Source: an uncultured delta proteobacterium (GTDB lineage: Bacteria; Desulfobacterota; Binatia; UBA9968). Taken from it: a stretch of 64,000 nucleotides of DNA. The position numbers were made by a program, and so were the translations under genes. This document shows, one piece after another, positions 49,892-59,648 of the stretch. The stretch spans positions 64,001 through 128,000 of the forward strand of contig CAVYTU010000016.1 in assembly GCA_963771465.1 (NCBI GenBank), in the 5' to 3' direction. Each line of letters opens with the position of its first letter. Position 1 is the stretch's first letter. The notes below the pieces were generated by a model. The model was not told where the DNA came from and did not search any database. It saw nothing but the letters and a program-made list of their open reading frames with translations.

Positions 49892-51034
49892 ATGGTGAGG
49901 AAAGTTTTTGCCGCGGTGTTGGTCGGCAATGAAGTCCTCGGGTTAAGACTCGGTTTCGCGATGAGCGTCGTATTCGGACTGTTGTTCAGCGCCGGCTGTG
50001 TCGTCCAGCAATCTGGCAAGGCGTCATCCGCGGGACGATTCGAATTCGCGGTCATCGGCGATCAACAGTACACGGCGGAAGATGAAAGGAAGTTTCCCGC
50101 GTTGATGAGCGCCCTAAATGACGCCAACCTGGCCTTCGTCGTGCACGTCGGGGATTTTCAGGGAGATTACAACGGATACACGGAAGGTGACGGCAACCCG
50201 CCGTGCACGGATGAAACCATGGCTCACTTGAAACGAATGTTTCAAACCTCCAAGCAGCCTTTCATCGTCACGCCCGGCGATAATGATTGGACTGATTGTC
50301 ACAAGCGAAAAGTGAAACCATTCGATCCGCTGGAACGGCTCGCCAAAGTTCGGGAAGTATTCTTTTCAAACGACGAGAGCTTGGGCCAGCGAACCATGAC
50401 TCTGACACAGCAGAGCAAAGACCCGAAATATGCCAAGTACCGTGAAAACGCCCGCTGGATCTACGACGACGTATTGTTCGTGACCCTCCATGTCGTTGGC
50501 AGCAACAACAATCTCGGCCGCACGCGGGAGATGGACGCGGAATACGCTGAGCGTAATGAGGCAAATTTGGCTTGGCTGAAAGAAGCCTTCGAAATGGCTA
50601 AGCTTAACGGCAACAAAGGGCTGGTAATTCTTACTCAAGCAAATCCTTTGTTCGAAAGCGTTTGGGCGCCAAGACGGCTGGGCCTTTATTTGTATGTGTT
50701 TCGAGATCAACTTTTGAAAACAACTCCGGACCAGCTCGCCGAGATTAGAAAACAATCTGGCTTTACCGATTTGTTGCGTGCGCTTGAAACGGAGGTTGTG
50801 GAGTTCGCCAAGCCCGTTCTGTTTGTGCATGGCGACACTCATATTTTTCGCATCGATAAACCATTGTTCAACACTAAGAACCGCCGAGGTGTTGAAAATT
50901 TCACCAGGGTTGAAGTATTCGGCACTCCCGATGTCCACTGGGTCAGGATCGTTGTCGATCCGGGCAAGCCGGGATTGTTCACCATCACCCCCGAAACGGT
51001 GGAAAAGAATGTGGTCAATCACTTGGGGAAGTAG
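49892..51034 (+). CDS. Calcineurin-like metallophosphoesterase (probable lipoprotein)
   Basis: GDQQY, HVGD, TPGDNDW, HGDTH; lipobox-like FSAGC. Confidence 0.8.
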   Translation: MVRKVFAAVLVGNEVLGLRLGFAMSVVFGLLFSAGCVVQQSGKASSAGRFEFAVIGDQQYTAEDERKFPALMSALNDANLAFVVHVGDFQGDYNGYTEGDGNPPCTDETMAHLKRMFQTSKQPFIVTPGDNDWTDCHKRKVKPFDPLERLAKVREVFFSNDESLGQRTMTLTQQSKDPKYAKYRENARWIYDDVLFVTLHVVGSNNNLGRTREMDAEYAERNEANLAWLKEAFEMAKLNGNKGLVILTQANPLFESVWAPRRLGLYLYVFRDQLLKTTPDQLAEIRKQSGFTDLLRALETEVVEFAKPVLFVHGDTHIFRIDKPLFNTKNRRGVENFTRVEVFGTPDVHWVRIVVDPGKPGLFTITPETVEKNVVNHLGK

Positions 51035-51190
51035 CAAATTCTGTCATGTCGCCAATCGCTTGCAAGGCTGAGTGGCGTAAGAAGGAATTGCCGATTAAAT
51101 AATTTTGGATTTTCGATTGTCGCTCGAATGGCGGCAGAAAACGAAAATATGAAAGTATTTTAACTTTGCGCCGTGCTGCTGAGGAGGATT

Positions 51191-52146
51191 ATGATTAAGA
51201 TGTTCATCGGTGTGCTCGCGTTCTTTTTTCTCGATGCGCCGGCTCAGGCGGCCGATAAAATCAGAATCTCCATGACTGGCTTCGCCGGCCAATTCATGAC
51301 TTTTCCTTTGGCGCAGAAGCGCGGCTTTCTAAAAGAAGAAGGGATCGAGGCTGAGATCATTCGCATTTCGGCTGCGGCGGGTCGAGCTGCGTTGACCGAT
51401 GGCGAAGTGGATTATTCGACCGGTATCGGCGGGACGGCGATAGGCGGCGCGTTGTCAGCGGGATTCCGATCCGTGTTGTCGCCTGCTTTGTGCCCGCACC
51501 GGTGCTCGGCATTGGTGGCGCGGCCGGAATATCAAAACTGTTCAGTCGCTCAAAGGCAAGACTATCGCGATTCTTATCCCGGCGGCGTCGCGCATTTCGC
51601 CGCCCGGGCGATCGCTGGCATTTCGGTCTCGATGCCGAAAAGGAAATAAAGTATCTCGCCGTCGGCCCGCCCGATGCCCGCTATGCCGCGCTGACTCAAG
51701 GCTTGGTCGAAGCGGCGGTGCTCGGGCCGCCGCTGGATTTCGAGGCGCGCAAGCAGGGTTTCAATATTCTTGCTCGAGCCAACGAAATAATGGTGCTTCC
51801 GGAGACCGGTTTGGTCGCCAGCGTAAAGAAAATTCACGAGAAACCTGACGAGATCAAGCGAGTCATTCGCGCCGGCATAAAAGCCAATCGCTACATTCGC
51901 GCCAACCGCGACGGCACGATTCAGTTCTTGACCGAGTGGCTCAAGCTCAATCGCGAATCTGCCACGGCGACCTACGACAGCGTCGTGCGGGTCTACGATG
52001 AAGACGTCAACGTATGTGACAAAGGGCTGCGTCTGATGATCGACGAAACCAAGAAAACCATAAAGCTTAGCCGCGACATACCTTACGATGAAATTGCCGA
52101 CCTGTCGATTCTCCGCGAGGCGCAGAGGGAGCTGGCTAGCAAGTAG
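51191..52146 (+). pseudogene. NMT1/SsuA-type solute-binding protein with several frameshifts (~51455-51620)
   Basis: Paralog of 48823..49773; segments GIPIRVVACF, LVARPE, SLKGKTIAI and GGVAHFAARAIA fall in different frames. Confidence 0.75.
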
Positions 52147-52213
52147 CGGAATATTTCAATGACCAAGGCGACGAACGACCAAATTCCATGGTGACGCAAG
52201 AGGGGGACGATCG

Positions 52214-53082
52214 ATGAAGAACTTGCCGAGCATAGCGGCGAAGATGAAAGTTCGTGCGATGAACTCAAAAACGTGATTAGAATATTGGCCGTCGGCGGTT
52301 TGCTCTTGTTGTTGTTGGTCGCCAAACCGTTCGTGATCGTGCGCGCGGGCACGGTCGGAGTGGTTTACAGTTTCGGTTCGATTGTCGGTCAGGTGGACGA
52401 GGGGTTTCATCTGATTTGGCCTTGGTGGTTCATAACCCACACGGATATCAAGGTGCAGAGAGCCGTGTTGGATAAACTGCCATCCTTTAGCGCGGAGACG
52501 CAAGATGTCTTCGTCAGAGCCAGCCTCAACTATCAGGTGTCACCCAAAGCAGTGCAGACATTGTTTCGCACGGTCGGACCGGACTATTTTCATGTTTTGA
52601 TCGAGCCGCGCGTGGCGCAGAATTTCAAGGACGAAACGGTCAAGTATAAGAGCGTCGACATCGCGCCTAACCGTGAGAAGATAAGGCAGGCGGTCAGGCA
52701 ACGACTCGAAGCTGAACTGTCGCCGTACTCGATCCATATTATCGACTTGCTGTTGGACAACGTGGATTTTAGCGCAGCCTTCAAACAATCCATTGAAAAC
52801 AAGCAAATCGCAACGCAGAAGGCCCTCGAGCAAGAGCAGCTCGTCTCCGCGGCAAAATTTTCCGCGCAGCAGCGAGTCGAAACGGAAAAGGGCGAAGGCG
52901 AGGCCAAGTTGGCCCGGGCAGAAAAAGAAGCACTCGCCAACCAAAGATTATCGGCATCGCTAACACCCTTGCTGGTCCAGCACGAGATGATCGACAAGTT
53001 GTCCGAAAAAATCCAAATCATGGTGGTGCCGCAAGGATCGAACTTTCTAATGCAGCTACCGAATATAGCGGCGCAGAAATGA
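52214..53082 (+). CDS. SPFH/prohibitin (band 7) family protein; start uncertain (GTG 52273, or ATG 52214/52259 if the A5 run at 52267 is really A6)
   Basis: GTVGVVYSFG..EGFH, SAETQDV, FSAAFKQSIENKQIA. Confidence 0.8.
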
Positions 53083-53177
53083 TTGGATTGAGGACCGGTT
53101 GTGTGACCATGGATGGCGGCGTGGTGCGCGGGATTTGACGATAGAAGCATTGACGGCAAGCGAGATAGGAGACGACC

Positions 53178-53624
53178 ATGAGAGACAAAGCGATCGTCTT
53201 CGCGGCCGGCGAGGGCAAATTGCTCAGCGCTCGCGGCAGCGCGATGTTTTTCAAGGCGACTCACGCCAGCACCAACGGCGCGTTCTCTTTCATGGAACGG
53301 ACGCTGCCACCGGGCGGTAGAAAGCCGCCGCCGCATATTCACACCGATTGCGAAGAAGCATTTTATGTTCTCGCAGGTGAGATTGAATTTTTTCTTGGCG
53401 CCGATACGGTCATCGGCCGGCCCGGTTCATTCGTGCATGTGCCGGGCGGTGTCTCGCACACGTTTGGGAATGCCGCAACTGTGCCCTCGCGTCTGCTGAT
53501 CATTCACGCGCCGGCGATGGATTCGTACTTTGAAGAGTTGCAGGACCTCTGGTCCGGGCAAGTCCCGCCGAGCCCGGACGATGAAAGAGCGTTGATGAAA
53601 CGGCACGGCATGGAGCCGGGGTGA
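53178..53624 (+). CDS. Cupin-2 domain protein
   Basis: PPHIHTDCEEAFYVLAG..VPGGVSHTF. Confidence 0.88.
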   Translation: MRDKAIVFAAGEGKLLSARGSAMFFKATHASTNGAFSFMERTLPPGGRKPPPHIHTDCEEAFYVLAGEIEFFLGADTVIGRPGSFVHVPGGVSHTFGNAATVPSRLLIIHAPAMDSYFEELQDLWSGQVPPSPDDERALMKRHGMEPG

Positions 53625-53794
53625 ATCAATGAGTCATAGCTGGATTCATAAGATCTCACGCAAGGCGTAATGGGAAGCAGCTGACTTTCGTGCATCATAG
53701 GAAAACTTGTTTCAGTCCGTTGACACACGTTGTGATGCCGGTTAATTCCAGAGATTAAAACACCAAGAAACCACACTGCTAAAGGAATGACACA

Positions 53795-54835
53795 ATGCTA
53801 GACGAAAAACTTCGGATCTCACCGACTTGCTATCACGTGCTTCATCTTGTGCCGGTCATGACGGCGCATGAGATGAATTTTTTCTACGATGAGGGATTGC
53901 GCACCGCGGACGGGTCACTAGCCTACGAGATCTCGACCAACTCCATGGTGCCCTTTGGCTTGGAAAAGTTGGGCATATCTCAGGCGATGAAGGAAAAATC
54001 GGTCGACATCGCGCTCGACGTGCAGACGCGCACGGTTTTTTACCAGCGCTCGCGGGGTGCTGATCTCTACATCATCGCCGGTTGGCGTAACCAGCATATC
54101 CACGTCTGGGTGAGCCCGCCGCACATCAAATCACTGCAAGAACTGAAAGGCAAAAAAGTCGGCATCAGCGATTTCGGCAGCAACCGCCATTGGGGCATCA
54201 CCATCTGGCTGCACAAGGCGGGTCTCGATCCTAACCATGACGTCGAGTTCGTGCGCGGAATTTATCACCCGGTCAATATCGACGCATTGCGCTCAGGCAA
54301 AGTTGACTGCGCGCCGGTGGCGGTGTGGGAAGCCGAAGAGCTTAAGAAAGAAGGTTTCAATGCGCTGGTAACTCTGCAGCAGCAGTATCCCAACGGCCGT
54401 CCGGAGCGCATCATTGCCGCCACCGGCCGCATTCTCGAAGAAAAGCCGGAAATGGTAAAAGGGTTTCTGAGAGCGATGATTCGCTCTTACTGGTTCATGC
54501 GCGATATGCCGAAAAATTTTGAATATCTCCACAATCTGGAAAGACGGCTGCGTTGCGCCAGTCCGGACCCCGAGGAAAGACATATTAAGTTCGCCGGCGA
54601 ATCGCCGCAACATCTTGAGGCAATGCCATTTCCAATCGATGGTCTAGCGACCGGCTTTGAGGATTTACTGCGCGAAGAGAAGGAGATCGGCGATTTGAAC
54701 TACGACGTGCCGCCGATCAAAGACGTGTCGGCTCAAGATTTGGTAACCGCGGCTTACAACGAGCTGCGGGCGCGGCCGGAGCTGCAAGAAGAGTTTGCCC
54801 GGGTCAGCGCCGCGGCGAAGCGCTGGGGTTATTAG
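53795..54835 (+). CDS. NMT1/THI5-like PBP2-fold protein without signal peptide
   Basis: FFYDEGL, LKGKKVGIS, GLDP, ALRSGKVD; no hydrophobic leader. Confidence 0.75.
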   Translation: MLDEKLRISPTCYHVLHLVPVMTAHEMNFFYDEGLRTADGSLAYEISTNSMVPFGLEKLGISQAMKEKSVDIALDVQTRTVFYQRSRGADLYIIAGWRNQHIHVWVSPPHIKSLQELKGKKVGISDFGSNRHWGITIWLHKAGLDPNHDVEFVRGIYHPVNIDALRSGKVDCAPVAVWEAEELKKEGFNALVTLQQQYPNGRPERIIAATGRILEEKPEMVKGFLRAMIRSYWFMRDMPKNFEYLHNLERRLRCASPDPEERHIKFAGESPQHLEAMPFPIDGLATGFEDLLREEKEIGDLNYDVPPIKDVSAQDLVTAAYNELRARPELQEEFARVSAAAKRWGY

Positions 54836-54864
54836 AAATCCTTTTCGGAAAACCGATATCTCAC

Positions 54865-54915
54865 CACGAAGGACAGGAAGATCACGAAGATGTCGTAGGG
54901 TGCGCCGCGCGCACC
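54865..54915. repeat. Nonamer array followed by a GTAG-type REP-like palindrome
   Basis: CACGAAGGA CAGGAAGAT CACGAAGAT; GTAG-GGTGCG-CCGCG-CGCACC at 54895-54915. Confidence 0.65.
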
Positions 54916-54940
54916 GGTCCGCCTCGCGAAAGCCGGACGA

Positions 54941-55621
54941 TCAGGGCTGAACGCTTCGCGCGCCGGCCGGAGCGACTGCCGCATGAATCGTTGCGGTTGT
55001 CGGTTGCAGCGTGATCATTTCGGATTGCGTCATCGTGACGTTGTAACGGTAACCGAAACCCCGGTAGAGCGAAAAAGACAGGAGGGTTTCCGTTTCGTCC
55101 TTTGCTGCGGTGCAGTCCATCGGCATGTAGACGTAATAATCGCGAATGCTGAACCCCGTCACCGCGCACTGCACGCAGCCGCGCGACGCGACTCCTGTCA
55201 CGATGACCCGGCCGTCGCCTGGGCGAATGTCGAGCCGCTGTAACCACTCTTTCATGTCGGTTTGGTAGAAACAGTCGTGGGTATGTTTAACCACTACCGG
55301 CTCGTCCGGAGCCGGTTTTAGGGCGTCGATAAACTCCGCGTCCCACGTTCCCTCAACTTTACGCACGACGTTTTCGAATACGGTAAATTCCAAAGCGTCG
55401 CGTTTGCGCACCGATTGGGTGTGCAGCACGCGTCCGCCGCTCGATCGCACGTAGTCTCTCAGCCGCACGATGCGCGGAATGATTTTTTCCACTGGCTCGC
55501 CCATGTACTGCGGACCATTGGGATGAGCCGAGCAGTTCTCCATGTCGACGATTACCAGGAGAGTTTTTTTAGCATCTAGATCGACCGGCACAGGATCGGG
55601 ATATTTAATGTCCACCAGCAT
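54941..55621 (-). CDS. Isochorismatase-family cysteine hydrolase
   Basis: VDMEN (Asp), KHTHDCF (Lys), GVASRGCV (Cys). Confidence 0.88.
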   Translation of the reverse strand: MLVDIKYPDPVPVDLDAKKTLLVIVDMENCSAHPNGPQYMGEPVEKIIPRIVRLRDYVRSSGGRVLHTQSVRKRDALEFTVFENVVRKVEGTWDAEFIDALKPAPDEPVVVKHTHDCFYQTDMKEWLQRLDIRPGDGRVIVTGVASRGCVQCAVTGFSIRDYYVYMPMDCTAAKDETETLLSFSLYRGFGYRYNVTMTQSEMITLQPTTATIHAAVAPAGARSVQP

Positions 55622-55650
55622 GGATCGTTCCTCCAATCAGAGATGGTCAG

Positions 55651-56727
55651 TTACCGAATACCGAAAATTTGATTGAACTGGTCGATGAGTTGTTTGGTAT
55701 TGGCGCCGTAGGATGCGGGATTTACAAAGGTAAAGTCCTTGACGAACAAATCCTGTAGCGAACCCCGCTGTTTGATCCCTTTGCGGATACTCAGTCGCGG
55801 GATTTCGGCGAGTTTGGTTTGCCCCTCCTGTGACAATATCCAATCGGCGAACAGAATCGCCGCGTGTGGATGGGGCGTGCGCGCCGCGATCGATAGCGAG
55901 TTGGGCTCGCCCGCGTAAGGTTCGAAGATGCGAAAATCGATCGGTGCGCCTTGTGCTTTGAATTCGACAACGCGCCGCCCGCGCGCCGCCAGAGATATCC
56001 CTGATTCGCCAGCCAACATCAATTGAACTCTCATGCGGCTGCTCGCTCCCGGCATATGCAGCTCTTGCTTGGCGAGCCCGCGCATGAACGCCAGACCTTT
56101 TTCCTGCCCCATAGAATCGAGCATGACGCTAAACCAGTCATAATCTTCCGTGCCGAGATTCATCTTGCCCTTATATTTTGGCTGGAGAAGATCTTGATAG
56201 CTGTTCGGGATGTCGGGGCCTTTAATCAACTTGGTTTGGAAGGCCACGACGATCGGCGTGACTTCAAAGCCCGACCAATAGCCTTCCGGATCGTAAGATC
56301 CCTTTGGCATCGCCTGCAGTTCCGGCGACAGATAGGCAGTTGATAATTTTGACTGCTTCAACTGCCACATTTCTGAGGGCGCGGTTGCGACGATATCCAC
56401 CGCGAAACGGCCGGCCCGGGCTTCAGTGGAAGCCTTGAGCAGCGCGCTTCTCGGCGTGCCGCGATAAACTTCCGTCTTGACGAAGGGATAACTTTTTTCA
56501 AACGCGGCCATCACCTTCGGGTTATCCTGATCGCTGAGCGAGGTGTAGATGACGAATTGCCCCTCTTTGCGGGCGCCGTCTTCGATGGTTTTTTTTCTTT
56601 GCGCCGGTGACTGCGTCGAAATTGTCTTGATGACTTCCTGGACCGTCGCCGCGAAACATGGACTCGATAAGATGGTGCCGAGAAAAATACCGACCAACGG
56701 AACCAAACTAGATAGCCGCGCTTTCAA
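55651..56727 (-). CDS. FbpA/AfuA-like solute-binding protein
   Basis: Signal peptide; PHPHAAILFADWILSQEGQ. Confidence 0.85.
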   Translation of the reverse strand: MKARLSSLVPLVGIFLGTILSSPCFAATVQEVIKTISTQSPAQRKKTIEDGARKEGQFVIYTSLSDQDNPKVMAAFEKSYPFVKTEVYRGTPRSALLKASTEARAGRFAVDIVATAPSEMWQLKQSKLSTAYLSPELQAMPKGSYDPEGYWSGFEVTPIVVAFQTKLIKGPDIPNSYQDLLQPKYKGKMNLGTEDYDWFSVMLDSMGQEKGLAFMRGLAKQELHMPGASSRMRVQLMLAGESGISLAARGRRVVEFKAQGAPIDFRIFEPYAGEPNSLSIAARTPHPHAAILFADWILSQEGQTKLAEIPRLSIRKGIKQRGSLQDLFVKDFTFVNPASYGANTKQLIDQFNQIFGIR

Positions 56728-56772
56728 AGTGATCTCCTTTTCTGTTCTCCGTGGCTCTGAACGCTCGAATAG

Positions 56773-57681
56773 TTACAACACGCAAAATGGCAGCGGCGGA
56801 GTACCGGGCTTGCCAAGCTGAGTTACCAGCAACGTTGTTTCGCTGACCGCGGCGGTCGGTGAGTATGGCGCACCCGCAGGGAAAAACATGCAGGAAACCG
56901 GTTTGTAGTTTTCGCCGTCGTACTCTACTTCACCCTCGAGAACTAACCGTACCTGTTGGAAATCAACTTTGCCGGCGGGCGTTTGCGCGCCTTTCTCCAT
57001 GCGCATCATCTTGATGTTGGGACCGGTTTCATTGAAGTAGCCGAGATGTTTCACGCTCACACCGGGCGCGCCTTCGAGCGGCACCCATGAATAATTGGCA
57101 TGGCGCATGATGATGTAACTGCGATAGCGCGGCTGAGGATAGTCGAGCTTGTGGCCGACGATATATTCCTGGACCGCTTCGAAGCCATCTTGTTTTTTGC
57201 CCTCGGGGGAAATGAACAGTCCCTTCTCAAACTGGCCGACTTGTTTCTCGCGCATTTCTTTCTGCGCCGCCATTACCTCTGACCACACCGGCGTCGGAAA
57301 TCCTGACGGACCCGGAAAATGGAGCGAGATGCGCACGTTGTGATCGCATTTTTCGGCGGTCTTCGTCGGCCCGTAATAGACTCCTTCGGGCACGTAAACG
57401 CAGTCGCCTTCTTCCATAACGTCTTTGCCGTAACATTCGGCACCGCGGTAATAAAAACGCACGGCCTCGTCCGTGTGGCGATGGCGTGGATTGTAGCGCT
57501 CTGGCGTGTAGGTGGTGATTCCTGCTCTCATTCTAATCCCATGCTCCGGGTCGAAGAAGCCATAGATCTCGCTCTGTCTCCCGCCACCTCGGTGCGTGCC
57601 AGCTTGTTCATCGCCTTCCTCTTGGCGCACGACGACTGGCCGTGTGATAGGACCTTTCAATGGATCGACTTTTTCCAACAT
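56773..57681 (-). CDS. Uncharacterised bicupin
   Basis: PRHRHTDE..GDCVYVPEGVYYGP; second beta-rich domain; GGAGG RBS. Confidence 0.6.
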   Translation of the reverse strand: MLEKVDPLKGPITRPVVVRQEEGDEQAGTHRGGGRQSEIYGFFDPEHGIRMRAGITTYTPERYNPRHRHTDEAVRFYYRGAECYGKDVMEEGDCVYVPEGVYYGPTKTAEKCDHNVRISLHFPGPSGFPTPVWSEVMAAQKEMREKQVGQFEKGLFISPEGKKQDGFEAVQEYIVGHKLDYPQPRYRSYIIMRHANYSWVPLEGAPGVSVKHLGYFNETGPNIKMMRMEKGAQTPAGKVDFQQVRLVLEGEVEYDGENYKPVSCMFFPAGAPYSPTAAVSETTLLVTQLGKPGTPPLPFCVL

Positions 57682-57807
57682 GCTTTCCTCCAAAACTTGT
57701 AGTAATCAGTAAACGGTTATCATTTCGAATGTTTCACTGTCAAGGTAACTTGGCATTCCTCGTAGTCGCAGCGTGAATCTGACAGGGCTTAACGGCAACA
57801 TTAATAT

Positions 57808-57835
57808 GTCAGGGTGAAGAGATGACAACCCTGAC
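57808..57835 (-). terminator. Possible terminator hairpin downstream of the ferredoxin
   Basis: GTCAGGGT-N12-ACCCTGAC followed by an AT-rich tract on the minus strand. Confidence 0.4.
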
Positions 57836-57942
57836 GATGAAAGAAGAGAAACGGCTAGACGCAAATTCAACGACTGTATCGTAGCGAGTTGACTAGGGGG
57901 TACTCGGAATCAGCGAGCGGTCTGCGAGAATGATTATCGCAG

Positions 57943-58191
57943 TTATTTTTTACCGATAAAATAATCAGCGTTGATCTTGGTGTACTCTTTCCATTTATCC
58001 GGCACTTCGTTGTCGACGAAAATCGCGTCGACCGGGCAGGCCGGAATGCAGCCGCCGCAGTCGATGCATTCGTCCGGATCGATGTAGAGCATCGAGTCAG
58101 CGTCGGTCCCGTGGATGCAGTCCATGGGACAAACATCGATGCAGCCTTTGTCTTTAACTCCTATGCAGGGTTGTGTGATCACGTAGGTCAT
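57943..58191 (-). CDS. 7Fe-type ferredoxin
   Basis: CIGVKDKGCIDVCP..CIDCGGCIPACP. Confidence 0.92.
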   Translation of the reverse strand: MTYVITQPCIGVKDKGCIDVCPMDCIHGTDADSMLYIDPDECIDCGGCIPACPVDAIFVDNEVPDKWKEYTKINADYFIGKK

Positions 58192-58255
58192 TGTTTTTTC
58201 AACACTCCAAGCGCACCGGGCCGGTGTTTATGATCCATCGAAAAATTGGTTCCAG

Positions 58256-59452
58256 CTATCCAATATGCAATTTCTTGTGCTGTAATTTTGCATGCTTCGC
58301 GGTGCAACCGGGAATGGTGCAGTACACCGGTTCGGGTGCGTTGTCGTAGCCGAGCCACTTCATGTGTTTCCAAGGCCGCTTGCCCCAGATGAGATCGTCG
58401 ATCCAGAGTAACGGCTTGACGACCAGGACTCGAAGCTTACGCGGGGTCACCTTAACCGACCACATCGCCAAATCATGGTACCAAGTATCGGCTTTGTTGT
58501 AACAGCAAGAAGAAACGCAGACGACGCAATTGGTCCATTCCCCACGGCCGGCGAGCTTGTATTTGTAACAACTCTCGACGTTGATGGCGTATTTCTCCAC
58601 GCCATTCACCACGGTCTTGTCGCCGAACGGGATGCTGTGCGACGGACAAGTGCGCGCGCACTTCTTACAATACTTGCAAAATTCCTCGACGCCGATATCC
58701 ACAGGTTGGTCCACCGTCAGCGGTATGTCGCAGGTAACCACCGTCAAATGCAGACGCGAACCGTACTTTTCATGAATCAGCATGCCGTGGCGCCCAAGCT
58801 CGCCCAGTCCGGCGTTGATCGCCAACGGTATCGGATTAACCGAGGAGCGGCCATGATGGTGCGCCGTAGCGGGATAACCCATTTCTCGAATGTAGGAGGC
58901 CAACTGGAAGGTTGGCACGATGGCGTGGTTGTTGCCGAACTGATACTCGGAGTCGGAGATTTTGCTGTTATTGCTCATGTAACGTTCGTAGGAGCTTTCG
59001 AAACCGAGACAGATGGCATAGCGATGCGGCAGGTTGATCGGGTCGCCAGCCTTCTCGCCCATGGCGGGGTTGCCGCGAGCCCGATGGGAATAGACATAGA
59101 GCGGATCGAGTTCGCAGATACCGACCACGGTGGCGCCGAGGTATTGGGCGACGCCTTTGATTTGCTTTGCCATCTCAGCCGGATCGTCCACCGGGATCTT
59201 ATTAGGATTGACCTTTCCCTCGGGCGCCTGCTTCATGATTTGCTGCAGCGTGTTGTTCGGATCGCCTTCGCCGCCGCCGCCGAAGAGACGCCGGAAAGGA
59301 TCGCTGCCAACGCGATTCTTCCTCCAGTCGCGCAGCCGAGTGCCGAACTCGCCACGGTCGACTTTGGGATGCGGCGTTTCGCGCTCGTCGAGTTGCCGCT
59401 GTGGACCAACGATACGGTAGCTTCTCGGGGTATTTTGTTTTGATTCCAGCAT
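58256..59452 (-). CDS. Reductive-dehalogenase-like cobalamin/2x[4Fe-4S] protein, no TAT leader
   Basis: LGATVVGICEL..YVYS, AGLGELGRHG, VVTCDIPL, FCKYCKKCARTCP, C..CVVCVSSC. Confidence 0.8.
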   Translation of the reverse strand: MLESKQNTPRSYRIVGPQRQLDERETPHPKVDRGEFGTRLRDWRKNRVGSDPFRRLFGGGGEGDPNNTLQQIMKQAPEGKVNPNKIPVDDPAEMAKQIKGVAQYLGATVVGICELDPLYVYSHRARGNPAMGEKAGDPINLPHRYAICLGFESSYERYMSNNSKISDSEYQFGNNHAIVPTFQLASYIREMGYPATAHHHGRSSVNPIPLAINAGLGELGRHGMLIHEKYGSRLHLTVVTCDIPLTVDQPVDIGVEEFCKYCKKCARTCPSHSIPFGDKTVVNGVEKYAINVESCYKYKLAGRGEWTNCVVCVSSCCYNKADTWYHDLAMWSVKVTPRKLRVLVVKPLLWIDDLIWGKRPWKHMKWLGYDNAPEPVYCTIPGCTAKHAKLQHKKLHIG

Positions 59453-59648
59453 GGGAATATCTCCTTACCGCTGCTCTTAAGAGTGAATAGGGCCTATGGC
59501 GCGGAATATACGCCCGCTCGACCAACAACGTCAAGGCCAGCTCGGCCGAGCGAGAATCCCGCTTGACAGTTGCGCGCGGGGAGGATTAGAACTCCCGCAG
59601 TTCATGGCAGGCGTCGAATTTGGTGCACGAAACCAGGAGAATTGTATT

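Noticed and set aside
32519-55621. Complete nicotinate/maleamate (nic) pathway from the NicX-, NicD- and NicF-like folds
   Set aside because: The genes are scattered, show only fold-level resemblance, and no hydroxylase or maleate isomerase is present
58256-59452. QueG call prompted by queF in the window
   Set aside because: It is 32 kb from queF, lacks recognisable QueG motifs (SxYAxGxDYH, GCDxCQ) and has RdhA-like VGICEL/YVYS segments; not fully excluded
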